From NCBI GenBank assembly GCA_002269645.1, contig NIVC01002882.1, positions 62,001-126,000 on the forward strand: a stretch of 64,000 bases of DNA, written 5' to 3'. The stretch comes from Macrostomum lignano (taxonomy: Eukaryota). The notes under the pieces were generated by a model, which was given only the letters and a program-made list of their open reading frames with translations, did not search any database and was not told the origin of the DNA. Within the stretch, counting starts at the first letter, position 1, and each line of letters opens with the position of its first letter. Positions 53,145-64,000 of the stretch are shown here, one piece after another. Both the position numbers and the translations under genes were made by a program.

Positions 53145-56100
53145 TTAAAAAGTCAGTTGACCGGTAAGCCAGGGTGAGACGAGGGCGAGGGCCACGGCTG
53201 CCAGAGTGGGCAGCAGGCTGGAAGCGGAGCCTTCACGGCAGGTCAGCATCCGGTAGCTGCAATGGTAGAGTTGAGGTGCTGGTTGATACTGGTGTGGGGT
53301 GGTTTATTGTCAACAAACTGATCATGTGACTATCATTATATCAATTATCTAATCAGGTGACTATTGTATCACCGATCTAATCAGGTGACTATTGTATCAC
53401 TGATCTAATTACGTGACTATTGTATCACTGATCTAATCAGGTGACTATTGTATCACTGATCTAATTACGTGACTATTGTATCACTGATCTAATCAGGTGA
53501 CTATTGTATCACTGATCTAATTACGTGACTATTGTATCACTGATCTAATCAGGTGACTAATGCATCACTGATCTAATCACGTGACTAATGCATCACTGAT
53601 CTAATCACATGACTAATGCATCACTGATCTAATCACGTGACTAATGCATCACTGATCTAATCACGTGACTATGAAATAACTGATCTAATCACGTGACTAT
53701 TAAATCACTGATCTAATCACGTGACTATTAAATCACTGATCTAATCACGAGACTATGAAATCACTGATCTAATCACGTGGCTATTAAATCACTGATCTAA
53801 TCACGTGACCATTTACACGACCGATCTAGACAAAAATGCCAGACAGAAAACCCAACTCACTAATTCTGCTCATTGTTAACCATCTTCTCGTAGTTCTGCG
53901 ACACCATACCGCCGGCGTGGAACCAAATCGACACGTCGTTAAACGGATATTCGTAGCCCTGCCGGCACTCGCACTTGTAGCTGTCCAACGCAAAGCGATT
54001 ATTAATAATCGGCACGCACTGAAAAATTGCAACCAATTAGCAGGTGTGAAAGATAAACGCTAAACCCCGATTTGAGTGTCAGGCGAAAACATATCATCGA
54101 GGTCAATTAAGGATAAGGTGAACACGGGACTAACGGGAACGATGCTTACTAACTGGTCACCTTTGGCACCAATTAAATCGTCAAAGTTCGTCTTCTACCT
54201 GAGAAAGAGAAAAGAAGCACACAGCACTGGCTTCCGTGACGATTCCATCAGTGCCAAGGGCGGACTCGAGTCAGTTTGGTAGAAGTAGCGTTGTACATGC
54301 ATTTATGTATTAGTTTGAGCATTTACTGTAGGTAAAATATAACATACTTAACTGTTACTGAGTGGGTCTAACAGCTACTGACTCTGTGTCTAACAGTCAC
54401 TGACCTCGTATCTAACAGCCACTGACCTCGTGTCTAACAGCTACTGACCTCGTGTCTAACAGTCACTCTGTGTCTAAAAGTCACTGATCTCGTGTCTAAC
54501 AGCTACTAACCTTGTGTCTAACAGTCACTGACCTCGTGTCTAACAGCTACTGACCTCGTGTCTAACAGTCACTCTGTGTCTAAAAGTCACTGACCTCGTG
54601 TCTAACAGCTACTGACCTCGTGTCTAACAGCTACTGACTCTGTGTCTAACAGTCACTGACCTCGTGTCTAACAGCTACTGACTCTGTGTCTAACAGTCAC
54701 TGACCTCGTGTCTAACAGTCACTGACCTCGTGTCTAACAGCTACTGACTCTGTGTCTAACAGTCACTGACCTCGTGTCTAACAGTCACTGATCTCGTGTC
54801 TAACAGCTACTGACTCTGTGTCTAACAGCTACTGACTCTGTGTCTAACAGTCACTGACCTCGTGTCTAACAGTCACTGACCTCGTGTCTAACAGTCACTG
54901 ACCTCGTGTCTAACAGCTACTGACTCTGTGTCTAACAGCTACTGACTCTGTGTCTAACAGTCACTGACCTCGTGTCTAACAGTCACTGACCTCGTGTCTA
55001 ACAGCTACTGACTCTGTGTCTAACAGTCACTGACCTCGTGTCTAACAGTCACTCTGTGTCTAACAGTCACTGATCTCGTGTCTAACAGCTACTGACCTCG
55101 TGTCTAACGGTCACTGACCTCGTGTCTAACAGCTACTGACCTCGTGTCTAACTGTCACTCTGTGTCTAAAAGTCACTGACCTCGTGTCTAACAGCTACTG
55201 ACCTCGTGTCTAACAGTCACTGACATCGTGTCTAACAGCTACTGACTCCGTGTCTAACAGTCACTGACCTCGTGTCTAACAGCTACTGACTCTGTGTCTA
55301 ACAGTCACTGACCTCGTGTCAAACAGCTACTGACTCTGTGTCTAACAGTCACTGACCTCGTGTCTAACAGCTACTGACCTCGTGTCTAACAGTCACTGAT
55401 CTCGTGTCTAACAGCTACTGAATTTGTGTCTAACAATTACTCATTGTATCTAACAGCTACACACTGTGTCTAACACCAACAATGACAGTGTCTAGCAGCC
55501 ATATATCTCGAAACCAGCCCCAGCCCCAGCCCCCAGACTCACATAAGTAGTTTCATAGTGGCACGGGGCAGTGTTCTTAAAGTAATTAGCCTCGTAGAAG
55601 TTGGACGGGCACATGTTGATGTCCATCTTGGACAGGGGAACACTGACGGTCACCACACCGCTGAATTCCAAGGATTTGTAGGGCGATATGCCGAAAAATG
55701 GGACGGCAACGGTTATGACCCAGGCGTTAAGGTGACGCTTGTTGGGGTCCTTGTCCTTGTTACAGTCAAAGTAGGGCTTGGACCAGTAGATGTCCTCGTA
55801 TCTGGGCGCTCGATAATAGATCGGGAATCGCTGGAAAGGCTTAGACGAAGTGCCGTTCAGGTCGAAGCGAACGAACGGCTTGGTGACAAACTTCTCAAGA
55901 CCGTAGGTGTTGGAGGCCCAGCGCTCTTTGAGTAGCTGGAGGGCGATGGGATATAAGAAGTAGCCATTGAAGATTATGAAGAATGAAGGATTACGACAAA
56001 AGGCGAATAGTGAAGCCTTTGAATGTAGATATGGGATCTGGGAATATGGGATCTGGGAATATGGGATCTGGGATTATGGGATCTGGGAATATGGGATCTG

Positions 56101-59100
56101 GTATTATGGGATCTGTAAATATGATACCTAGGAATATGGCCATATGGGATCTGGGGTAACATTTGGGAATATGGGATTCTAGATAATGAGATCTTGGAAT
56201 ATGGGATTTAGGACTTTTGGATCTGGGAACATGGGATTCGGGATTATGGGATCTGGGAATATGGGATTTGGGACACTGGGATCTGGGAATAGGGATTGTG
56301 AAATTTAGGCATAGGGATTATGGCATCTGGGAATAGGGATTATGCTATCTGGGAATAGGGATTATGCTATCTGGGAATAGGGATTATGGGATCTGGGAAT
56401 ACGGATTATCGGAATTGGGAATGGGATTATGTGATCTGGGAATACGGATTATGGGATCTGGGAATAGGAATTATGAAATCTGGGCATATGGATTATGGGA
56501 TTTGGGAATAGGGATTATGGGATCTGGGAATACGGATTCTAAGACTAACCTTGAACCAGTCGCGCTCATAGTAGGCCCGAGCTGCCTCCCAGCCTGCAGC
56601 GTCCTCGGCAACAAAGCTTAGCTCGCGCTGTTTCTGATCCGTCCGCTGCTCCGAACCCAGCTTGTAGGCCGTGGGACCAAAATACTCAACTTTGTTGCGC
56701 AATTTCGGATTAAAAAATGCGTCCCGATCGTAATAGACACCAGACGACAAGATCCAGTGATCCGCCATGATGTTTGAGAACACCTCGCCATAGATCTGGT
56801 GCTCGTTCAGATATTTGTCACCATGGACACCGCCGTAGATTTCGTCCGGATTCACGTTCTGTTGGAAGGCGCTCAAGAAATGCGCCAACCTGATCGGTGA
56901 TGGCGGAGGGTGGGGAACTGCGATTTATCACCTGACAATTAAGGGGTAAATCAATAAAAAAATACAATTATAGAAGAAAGTCAAGACCCCTTTGGTAAAG
57001 ACCAAAAAGAATGGTCTTTAGAGTCTAAGGACTTAAGAAGAATAGTCCTTGAAGAACCCGAGGACCTGGGAAGAATATTTCTTAAAACTAAGGCCCTTAA
57101 GAACCTAGGGAGAAAGGTCCTTAACGATCCGAGGACCTAGGAAGAATGGTCCTTAACGATCCGAGGACCTAAGAAGAATGGTCCTTAACGATCCGAGGAC
57201 CTAGGAAGAATGGTCCTTAACGATCCGAGGACCTAGGAAGAATGGTCCTTAACGATCCGAGGACCTAGGAAGAATGGTCCTTAACGATCCGAGGACCTAG
57301 GAAGAATGGTCCTTAACGATCCGAGGACCTAGGAAGAATGGTCCTTAACGATCCGAGGACCTAGGAAGAATGGTCCTAAACGATCCGAGGACCTAGGAAG
57401 AATGGTCCTTAACGATCCGAGGACCTAGGAAGAATGGTCCTTAACGATCCGAGGACCTAGGAAGAATGGTCCTTAACGATCCGAGGACCTAGGAAGAATG
57501 GTCCTTAACGATCCGAGGACCTAGGAAGAATGGTCCTTAACGATCCGAGGACCTAGGAAGAATGGTCCTTAACGATCCGAGGACCTAGGAAGAATGGTCC
57601 TTAACGATCCGAGGACCTAGGAAGAATGGTCCTTAACGATCCGAGGACCTAGGAAGAATGGTCCTAAACGATCCGAGGACCTAGGAAGAATGGTTCTTAA
57701 CGATCCGAGGACCTAGGAAGAATGGTCCTTAACGATCCGAGGACCTAGGAAGAATGGTCCTTAACGATCCGAGGACCTAGGAAGAATGGTCCTAAACGAT
57801 CCGAGGACCTAGGAAGAATGGTCCTAAACGATCCGAGGACCTAGGAAAAATGGTCCTTAAGAATCGGAGGGCTTGGGAAGAATGGTCCTTAAGAATCGGA
57901 GGGCTTGGGAAGAATGGTCCTTAAGAATCGGAGGGCTTGGGAAGAATGGTCCTTAAGAATCGGAGGGCTTGGGAAGAATGGTCCTTAAGAATCGGAGGGC
58001 TTGGGAAGAATGGTCCTTAAGAATCGGAGGGCTTGGGAAGAATGGTCCTTAAGAATCGGAGGGCTTGGGAAGAATGGTCCTTAAGAATCGGAGGGCTTGG
58101 GAAGAATGGTCCTTAAGAATCGGAGGGCTTGGGAAGAATGGTCCTTAAGAATCGGAGGGCTTGGGAAGAATGGTCCTTAACGATCCGAGGACCTAGGAAA
58201 AATGGTCCTTAACGATCCGAGGACCTAGGAAAAATGGTCCTTAAGAATCGGAGGGCTTGGGAAGAATGGTCCTTAAGAATCGGAGGGCTTGGGAAGAATG
58301 GTCCTTAAACAGCCGAGAACCTCTAAGTCAGCACACCCAGACTCACCTCAGAGCAGTTCTCGCCTGCACCTCGAACTGTTTATCAGCACCGAAGCCGACT
58401 TCTCCGGGCAGCACCAGTCGATCCGGAGGCTGGGCACCGCAGTTCTCAGGCGTGATAGATACGTACTGCCTCATCAAAGCTTTCACAGCGTTGTACCGAT
58501 CAGAGGAGAAGCTGGACAGCCGGCCCAGGTAATAGATATTCTGCTCGCCATAGTCGGCAATTGTTTCGATATTTCGCTTCACTCGAGATTTGCGCTCGTC
58601 TAACAGGCGCTGAGTGGCCTCGGGCAGCGGATGGCGCGGCAGCAGCTTAGTGCTGACAATGCTGGGACTGGCCGTGGAGTTCTGGGCAGCGGATGAGCCG
58701 CCCGTGGCATTCCTCAGATAGCTCACTGCGGCGGACACGGCAGACTTAGCCAGTTGGACAAATCGCCTGACCCCAGTTCGTTGCAGTTTAGCCTGAGCGG
58801 CCGCCTGCTGATCCTGACGGTCGTGCTCTTCAGCTCGAACCCGGAGCTCCGTCATGCTGCTGGCGTTGTACAGCCGCATCAGCTGGACTAGCAGCTTCAC
58901 ATCGTCAGCTGATCGTTTCCGGCGCCGATTGCCAGTTCCGGAATTGGAAATGCCCGACTGGGTGAGCCGGTGAATTCGCCATCTAACTGGGATGCACTCG
59001 AATCGTTTGGCCTCCTCGTCCGAGGCCTGCTCAATGTTGCGGCCAAGGAAGGGGCCGTTCTGCCAGTAGGGGTAGCGGAAACCCGGCAGGCAGTGGCACA

Positions 59101-62100
59101 TGTAGCCGCCCCGTTGGAAACCGTAGCCGGGCAGGGGCTCGCACTGGAATCGGGAATATCGTTAATACTTGATCCTCAATAGATTATCATTAATCCTTAT
59201 TTTTCAAAAGCACTTACTGTAGTGGTTGAACCACACCTGGCCACGCCGCTCAGGTAAGTGTGATCCGGCGACTCCACCCCTCTCTTGCAGGGGTCAAAGT
59301 CGATGCGGCGGAAGTCAATGTCCGACGTGGACACCGCTACGTACCTGAGGGGGGCAGGCACGTGTTTGGAATTGATAAGGTTGGAGGCTGAACCAGCAAC
59401 TGACACTCTGGAAGGCTAGCCCAGAAACTGAGGATTTGGAGTGCTTGCTGGCCCAACAACTGAGGATCTGGAAGGCTGGCCCAGCATCTGAGGATCTGGG
59501 AGGCTGGCTCAGCAACTGAGGATTAGGGAGGCTGGCTCAGCAACTGAGGATCCGGGGGGCTGGCCCAGCAACTGAGGATCTGGGGGGCTGGCCCAGCAAC
59601 TGAGGATCTGGGGGGCTGGCCCAGCAACTGAGGATCTGGGAGGCTGGCCCAGCAACTGAGGATCTGGGAGGCTGGCCCAGCAACTGAGGATCTGGGAGGC
59701 TGGCTCAGCAACTGAGGATCTGGGAGGCTGGCCCAGCAACTGAGGATCTGGGAGGCTGGCCCAGCAACTGAGGATCTGGGAGGCTGGCCCAGCAACTGAG
59801 GATCTGGGAGGCTGGCCCAGCAACTGAGGATGTGGGAGGCTGGCCCAGCAACTGAGGATGTGGGAGGCTGGCCCAGCAACTGGGGATGTGGGAGGCTGGC
59901 CCAGCAACTGAGGATGTGTGAGAAAACAGCCAGAAGAGAAGCAGGAAGCTACTTCAGACAAGCTATATAAGTCCTAAGAGTCAGAGCCGCCCAGATGCGC
60001 GCGCAGCCATTTACGCATTCAAGCAGACTTAACTGCAAACAAGCCCGACAACAGCTGGCTGAGGCCAGCCAATCAGAATAGAAAATGGTCCTGAACAATT
60101 TCTAAATTACTTCAAACAGCTCCCAGCCTACTCAAGCCTTCACGTTCATCAATTATAATTAAAATCGAATCAACAGTTTTGCCTAGGAGCTGTTAAAATA
60201 GAACAATTACGCAAAATTATTCTCAAAATACACAGATGCTTAAGCCAATCAATGGATGTTTGAATGGATGATCAATGGAGCAAGCAGTCATGCCCATTCC
60301 GCAGACACTTGAGAAAGCAGGCGCACACGCTCACACAGGGCGTATGACTACCCTTTTCAAAGCTTAGTTCAATTTTCACTGGCCATGTATAGTGCTAGAA
60401 AGTTATTGACGATACATATCGGCGGAGAGTCATTATTGTCGGCTTCATTTTTATATATCTTTATCTCCCTCTCTCTTATCTTCCCTCTCTTCAATCTGCC
60501 TCTCTCCTGTCTCCCTCTCTCTTATCTGCCTCTCTCTTATCTGCCTCTCTCCTGTCTCCCTCACTCTTATCTGCCTCTCTCCGGTCTCCCTCTCTCTTAT
60601 CTGCCTCTCTCCTGTCTCCCTCTCTCTTATCTGCCTCTCTCCTGTCTCCCTCTCTCTTATCTGCCTCTCTCTCTCTTATCTGCCTCTCTCCTGTCTCCCT
60701 CTCTCCTGTATCCCTCTCTCTTATCTCCCTCTCTCTTATCTGCCTCTCTCCTGTCTCCCTCTCTCTTATCTGCCTCTCTCCTGTCTCCCTCTCTCTTATC
60801 TGCCTCTCTCCTGTATCCCTCTCTCTTATCTCCCTCTCTCTTATCTGCCTCTCTCCTGTCTCCCTCTCTCTTATCTGCCTCTCTCCTGTCTCCCTCTCTC
60901 TTATCTGCCTCTTTCCTGTCTCCCTCTCTCTTATCTGCCTCTCTCCTGTCTCCCTCTCTCTTATCTGCCTCTCTCCTGTCTCCCTCTCTCTCATCTGCCT
61001 CTCTCCTGTATCCCTCTCTCTTATCTCCCTCTCTCTCATCTCCCTCTCTCTTATCTCCCTCTCTCTCATCTCCCTCTCTCATCTTTCCCATCTCTATCCA
61101 ATAAACAGCCAGCAAGACAGGCACTCACTTGGGACTGCGCAGGTTAGTCTCGATACTGTAGCGCCTCATAAAGTCGATAACGGGGCCAACACTGCTGACT
61201 AGCCACATGTTGGTCCTGCCGCAGTCGAAGTAGGGCCTACTAAAGTACACAGGATGATAATTCTCTTGAATGCCAGGCGATGGCGGGCCGAAGAACCTTC
61301 GAGTCACGTTGGGAGTTTTGCCCATCACGCCGGGGGAGCTAGAGTTGTAGATGTTGTAGTCGTACTGGTGCTTGGCTTGGTTGTCCGTTCTGCGCGGGCG
61401 GGTGACAGCAAGGTGACAGAATGATATACACTGCGATACAAATTTGTCAGTACATTCTCGCATCTACCTACTACTTTATCTACTTACTTTACAAACTAGT
61501 AAAGTAGTCTAGTAAATCGGATTAATTGTCATTCTCAAATATAAAATCTGCTCAATCCTTTATCCAGAAGCTGCTCAATCATTTATCCAGAAGCTGCTCA
61601 ATCCTTTATCCAGAAGCTGCTCAATCCTTTATCCTGAAGCTGCTCAATCATTTATCCTGAAGCTGCTCAATCCTTTATCCAGAAGCTGCTCAATCCTTTA
61701 TCTTGAAGCTGCTCAATCCTTTATCCTGAAGCTGCTCAATTCTCTATCCTGAAGCTGCTCAATCCTTTATCTTGAAGCTGCTCAATCCTTTATCCTAAAG
61801 CTCTTCAACCCTCTATCTAAGCTACCAAATGTACTCTAACAGATTCATTAAAAAATCTGCGTTAGAAAAAGGGGCAGTTCTACCTGAGATCTGGTATGAA
61901 GTCAATCTTAATCCTAGGATCGGGATCGTACAAGAACAGCGGATTAAGCCGGTGCCATCTAGCCGTGTAGTTGTGATTCGGCCCGGCGCCCAGGTCCTCC
62001 ACTATAATAGTGTTATTGGTGGGCTCGCGCAGCCAGTTAACATTATCCTGATAGTCGTCCAGCCGCCAGGCCTTCGGTCCAAACAGCGGCAGAGTCTGGT

Positions 62101-62581
62101 TAAAATTGAGTATAGTAGGAAACCAGTTGGCGTACTGGCAGTGAGTGTCAAACAGAATGGATGAACCATTGAGCAGGCCAGGCGCTGAGGTCACGGTAGC
62201 AGCTGAGCTCAGGTAATAGTACATGAATCCTGGCAACAAAGGAAAATCAAATTCAGACTCGTTCAATCGCTGCAGGATATAGGAGAAGAAGTAGCCTCGG
62301 TTCAGCGCCATGTTGTGCAGATGGATCAGCTTAGTTCGATTGGGGAATACCACAATCTGAGGCAGAACGTTAAACTTGGGCACCTGACCCAGAGTGTTCA
62401 CTGGCAGCCGCAGCGAGTCAATGCTCATCTCTTTGCAATTCTTTTCATCCACGCTGATCATTTTCTCCATGATCAAATCGAAATTGTCCCTGTGCATCCA
62501 ATCGTAGGGACCAATAGCGATTGAATAGCCAATTAGCAGGCAGGCTGCCGACACTGCGATGGCCAAACTGCCGCGGCCCAT
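53145..62581 (-). CDS. Secreted/GPI-type protein with two GPR158/GPR179-like ectodomains (Cache + EGF-like), 961 aa, no 7TM
   Basis: Exons 62581-61884, 61389-61129, 59344-59218, 59143-58347, 56889-56550, 55935-55543, 54018-53861, 53256-53145; all GT-AG, phases consistent, 2886 nt; repeated PYFDC..W and C.P....F....Y.C.C..G motifs; N-terminal signal peptide; hydrophobic C-terminus. Confidence 0.88.
53325..53828. repeat. 28-bp intronic minisatellite
   Basis: Unit GTGACTATTGTATCACTGATCTAATCAC. Confidence 0.93.
54365..55495. repeat. ~22-bp intronic minisatellite
   Basis: Unit CTAACAGTCACTGACCTCGTGT and variants. Confidence 0.93.
56030..56540. repeat. Degenerate 15-bp intronic repeat (GGGATCTGGGAATAT)
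   Basis: Direct reading. Confidence 0.9.
57110..58310. repeat. 32-bp intronic minisatellite with two variant blocks
   Basis: AGGAAGAATGGTCCTTAACGATCCGAGGACCT, switching at ~57850 to GGGAAGAATGGTCCTTAAGAATCGGAGGGCTT. Confidence 0.95.
59420..59920. repeat. 28-bp intronic minisatellite
   Basis: Unit GGCTGGCCCAGCAACTGAGGATCTGGGA. Confidence 0.95.
60440..61095. repeat. CT-rich 15/30-bp intronic repeat
   Basis: TCTCTTATCTGCCTCTCTCCTGTCTCCCTC. Confidence 0.93.
61550..61820. repeat. 23-bp intronic minisatellite
   Basis: Unit AAGCTGCTCAATCCTTTATCCAG. Confidence 0.93.
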
Positions 62582-63287
62582 TTTGATACTACTGCATGCA
62601 GTAAGTAGGCAGGTTAAGCGTTTTAATTTCTTATTTATTATACTATTATAAACAAGAGTAATTCCTATAGATTTACATTCTGTAAAAACAATTTATTGAT
62701 AGAAAATATGTCCAAAAGTCTGTTTGCAACATTTTGACTTTGATTTGAACTTTGAAGTTATCTTTTCCTTTTTGTTTTCATGTGGTTAGCAAAGAATCTT
62801 GGGTATACAACTATATCCCACTAGCATTAGTATTAGTAAGGTTGTCCAAAGTCAGAACTGCATCCAAGAATGCTTTTAGTCCACAGGTCCTATGTGAAAG
62901 GTTTTGAAATATTTGTAGGTTGAACACAAACTTTGACTTTGTACTAAAGAATAAATTCATTGACATGTGATTGACAATGACATTGCACTGTTGAAATATT
63001 GGATCTATCTAGATATTCTAAGGCCCACTACAAATGGGTCACATTTGGCACTAAATTGATGAATTAAAAGCTTATTAATTTCCTAGCTGAATAGCAAAAA
63101 AATAGCACATACTCTAAAATATAGAGAATAACATTTTTACTTAACTATTTATTTAGCAAAGTTATTTTTTTTTGCAAAAAAACCCATTTTCATTCAACTT
63201 TACCTTTTATATACATGTTGGCAAATCATAGGACCCTCAATGAAGACCATATTAATTTTTAAAGGAAATTAATTCTGCTTTAAATAG

Positions 63288-63925
63288 AACTATAACTATT
63301 TATAAGAACTATAACTATTTATGAGAACTATAACTATTTATGAAAACTATAACTATTTATGAGAACTATAACTATTTATGAGAACTATAACTATTTATTT
63401 ATGAGAACTATAACTATTTATGAAAACTATAACTATTTATGAAAACTATAACTATTTATGAAAACTATAACTATTTATGAGAACTATAACTATTTATGAA
63501 AACTATAACTTTTTATGAGAACTATAACTATTTATGAAAACTATAACTATTTATGAGAACTATAACTATTTATGAAAACTATAACTATTTATGAGAACTA
63601 TAACTATTTATGAAAACTATAACTATTTATGAGAACTATAACTATTTATGAAAACTACAACTATTTATGAAAACTATAACTATTTATGAGAACTATAACT
63701 ATTTATTTATGAGAACTATAACTATTTATGAAAACTATAACTATTTATGAGAACTATAACTATTTATGAGAACTAAAACTATTTATGAGAACTATAACTA
63801 TTTATGAGAACTATAACTATTTATGAGAACTATAACTATTTATGAGAACTATAACTATTTATGAGAACTATAACTATTTATGAGAACAAAAACTATTTAT
63901 GAGAACTATAACTATTTATGAGAAC
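63288..63925. repeat. 19-bp tandem repeat (GAGAACTATAACTATTTAT)
   Basis: Direct reading. Confidence 0.95.
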
Positions 63926-64000
63926 AAACATTTTAGAAAATAAAAATATCAGAAAAAAATATTGGATAAACTTGAAGTCCCATGTGCCTTAGCCTTTTAA

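Noticed and set aside
54030-54290. Possible extra exon of the large minus-strand gene
   Set aside because: Phase-0 reading from the candidate acceptor hits a stop, and the gene is complete and in frame without it
57110-58310. 32-bp regularly repeated units resembling a CRISPR array
   Set aside because: No unique spacers, intronic in a eukaryotic gene, no cas genes

Overview
Repeat-rich eukaryotic (animal) DNA with short GT-AG introns and many minisatellites; the style suggests a free-living flatworm such as Macrostomum (inference, not verified). Most ORF-track entries are shadows of tandem repeats. Manual splicing reveals a tandem array of tiny, intron-containing Cys/His-rich genes on the + strand that the ORF track misses. 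All are built from one module, CC-x(n)-C-x2-C / phase-2 intron / CCC-x-H. There are 28-aa one-module genes (8321, 23128, pseudogene 5308), 50-53-aa versions with a hydrophobic tail (12439, 21045, pseudogene 7150) and six 85-103-aa two-module genes (27112-38655), three of which share a GGTACTGCCT-N14-TATA promoter. The window also holds a fibrinogen-domain gene (-), a two-exon calmodulin-like gene with a Gly-rich tail (+), and an 8-exon 961-aa gene (-) with two GPR158/179-like ectodomains, furin sites and a GPI-type tail but no 7TM. Transposon debris includes piggyBac, Harbinger, Loa/R1-like, RTE-like and I/Ingi-like LINE fragments, a CORE-like tRNA-SINE and MITEs. All translations and alignments were done by eye.
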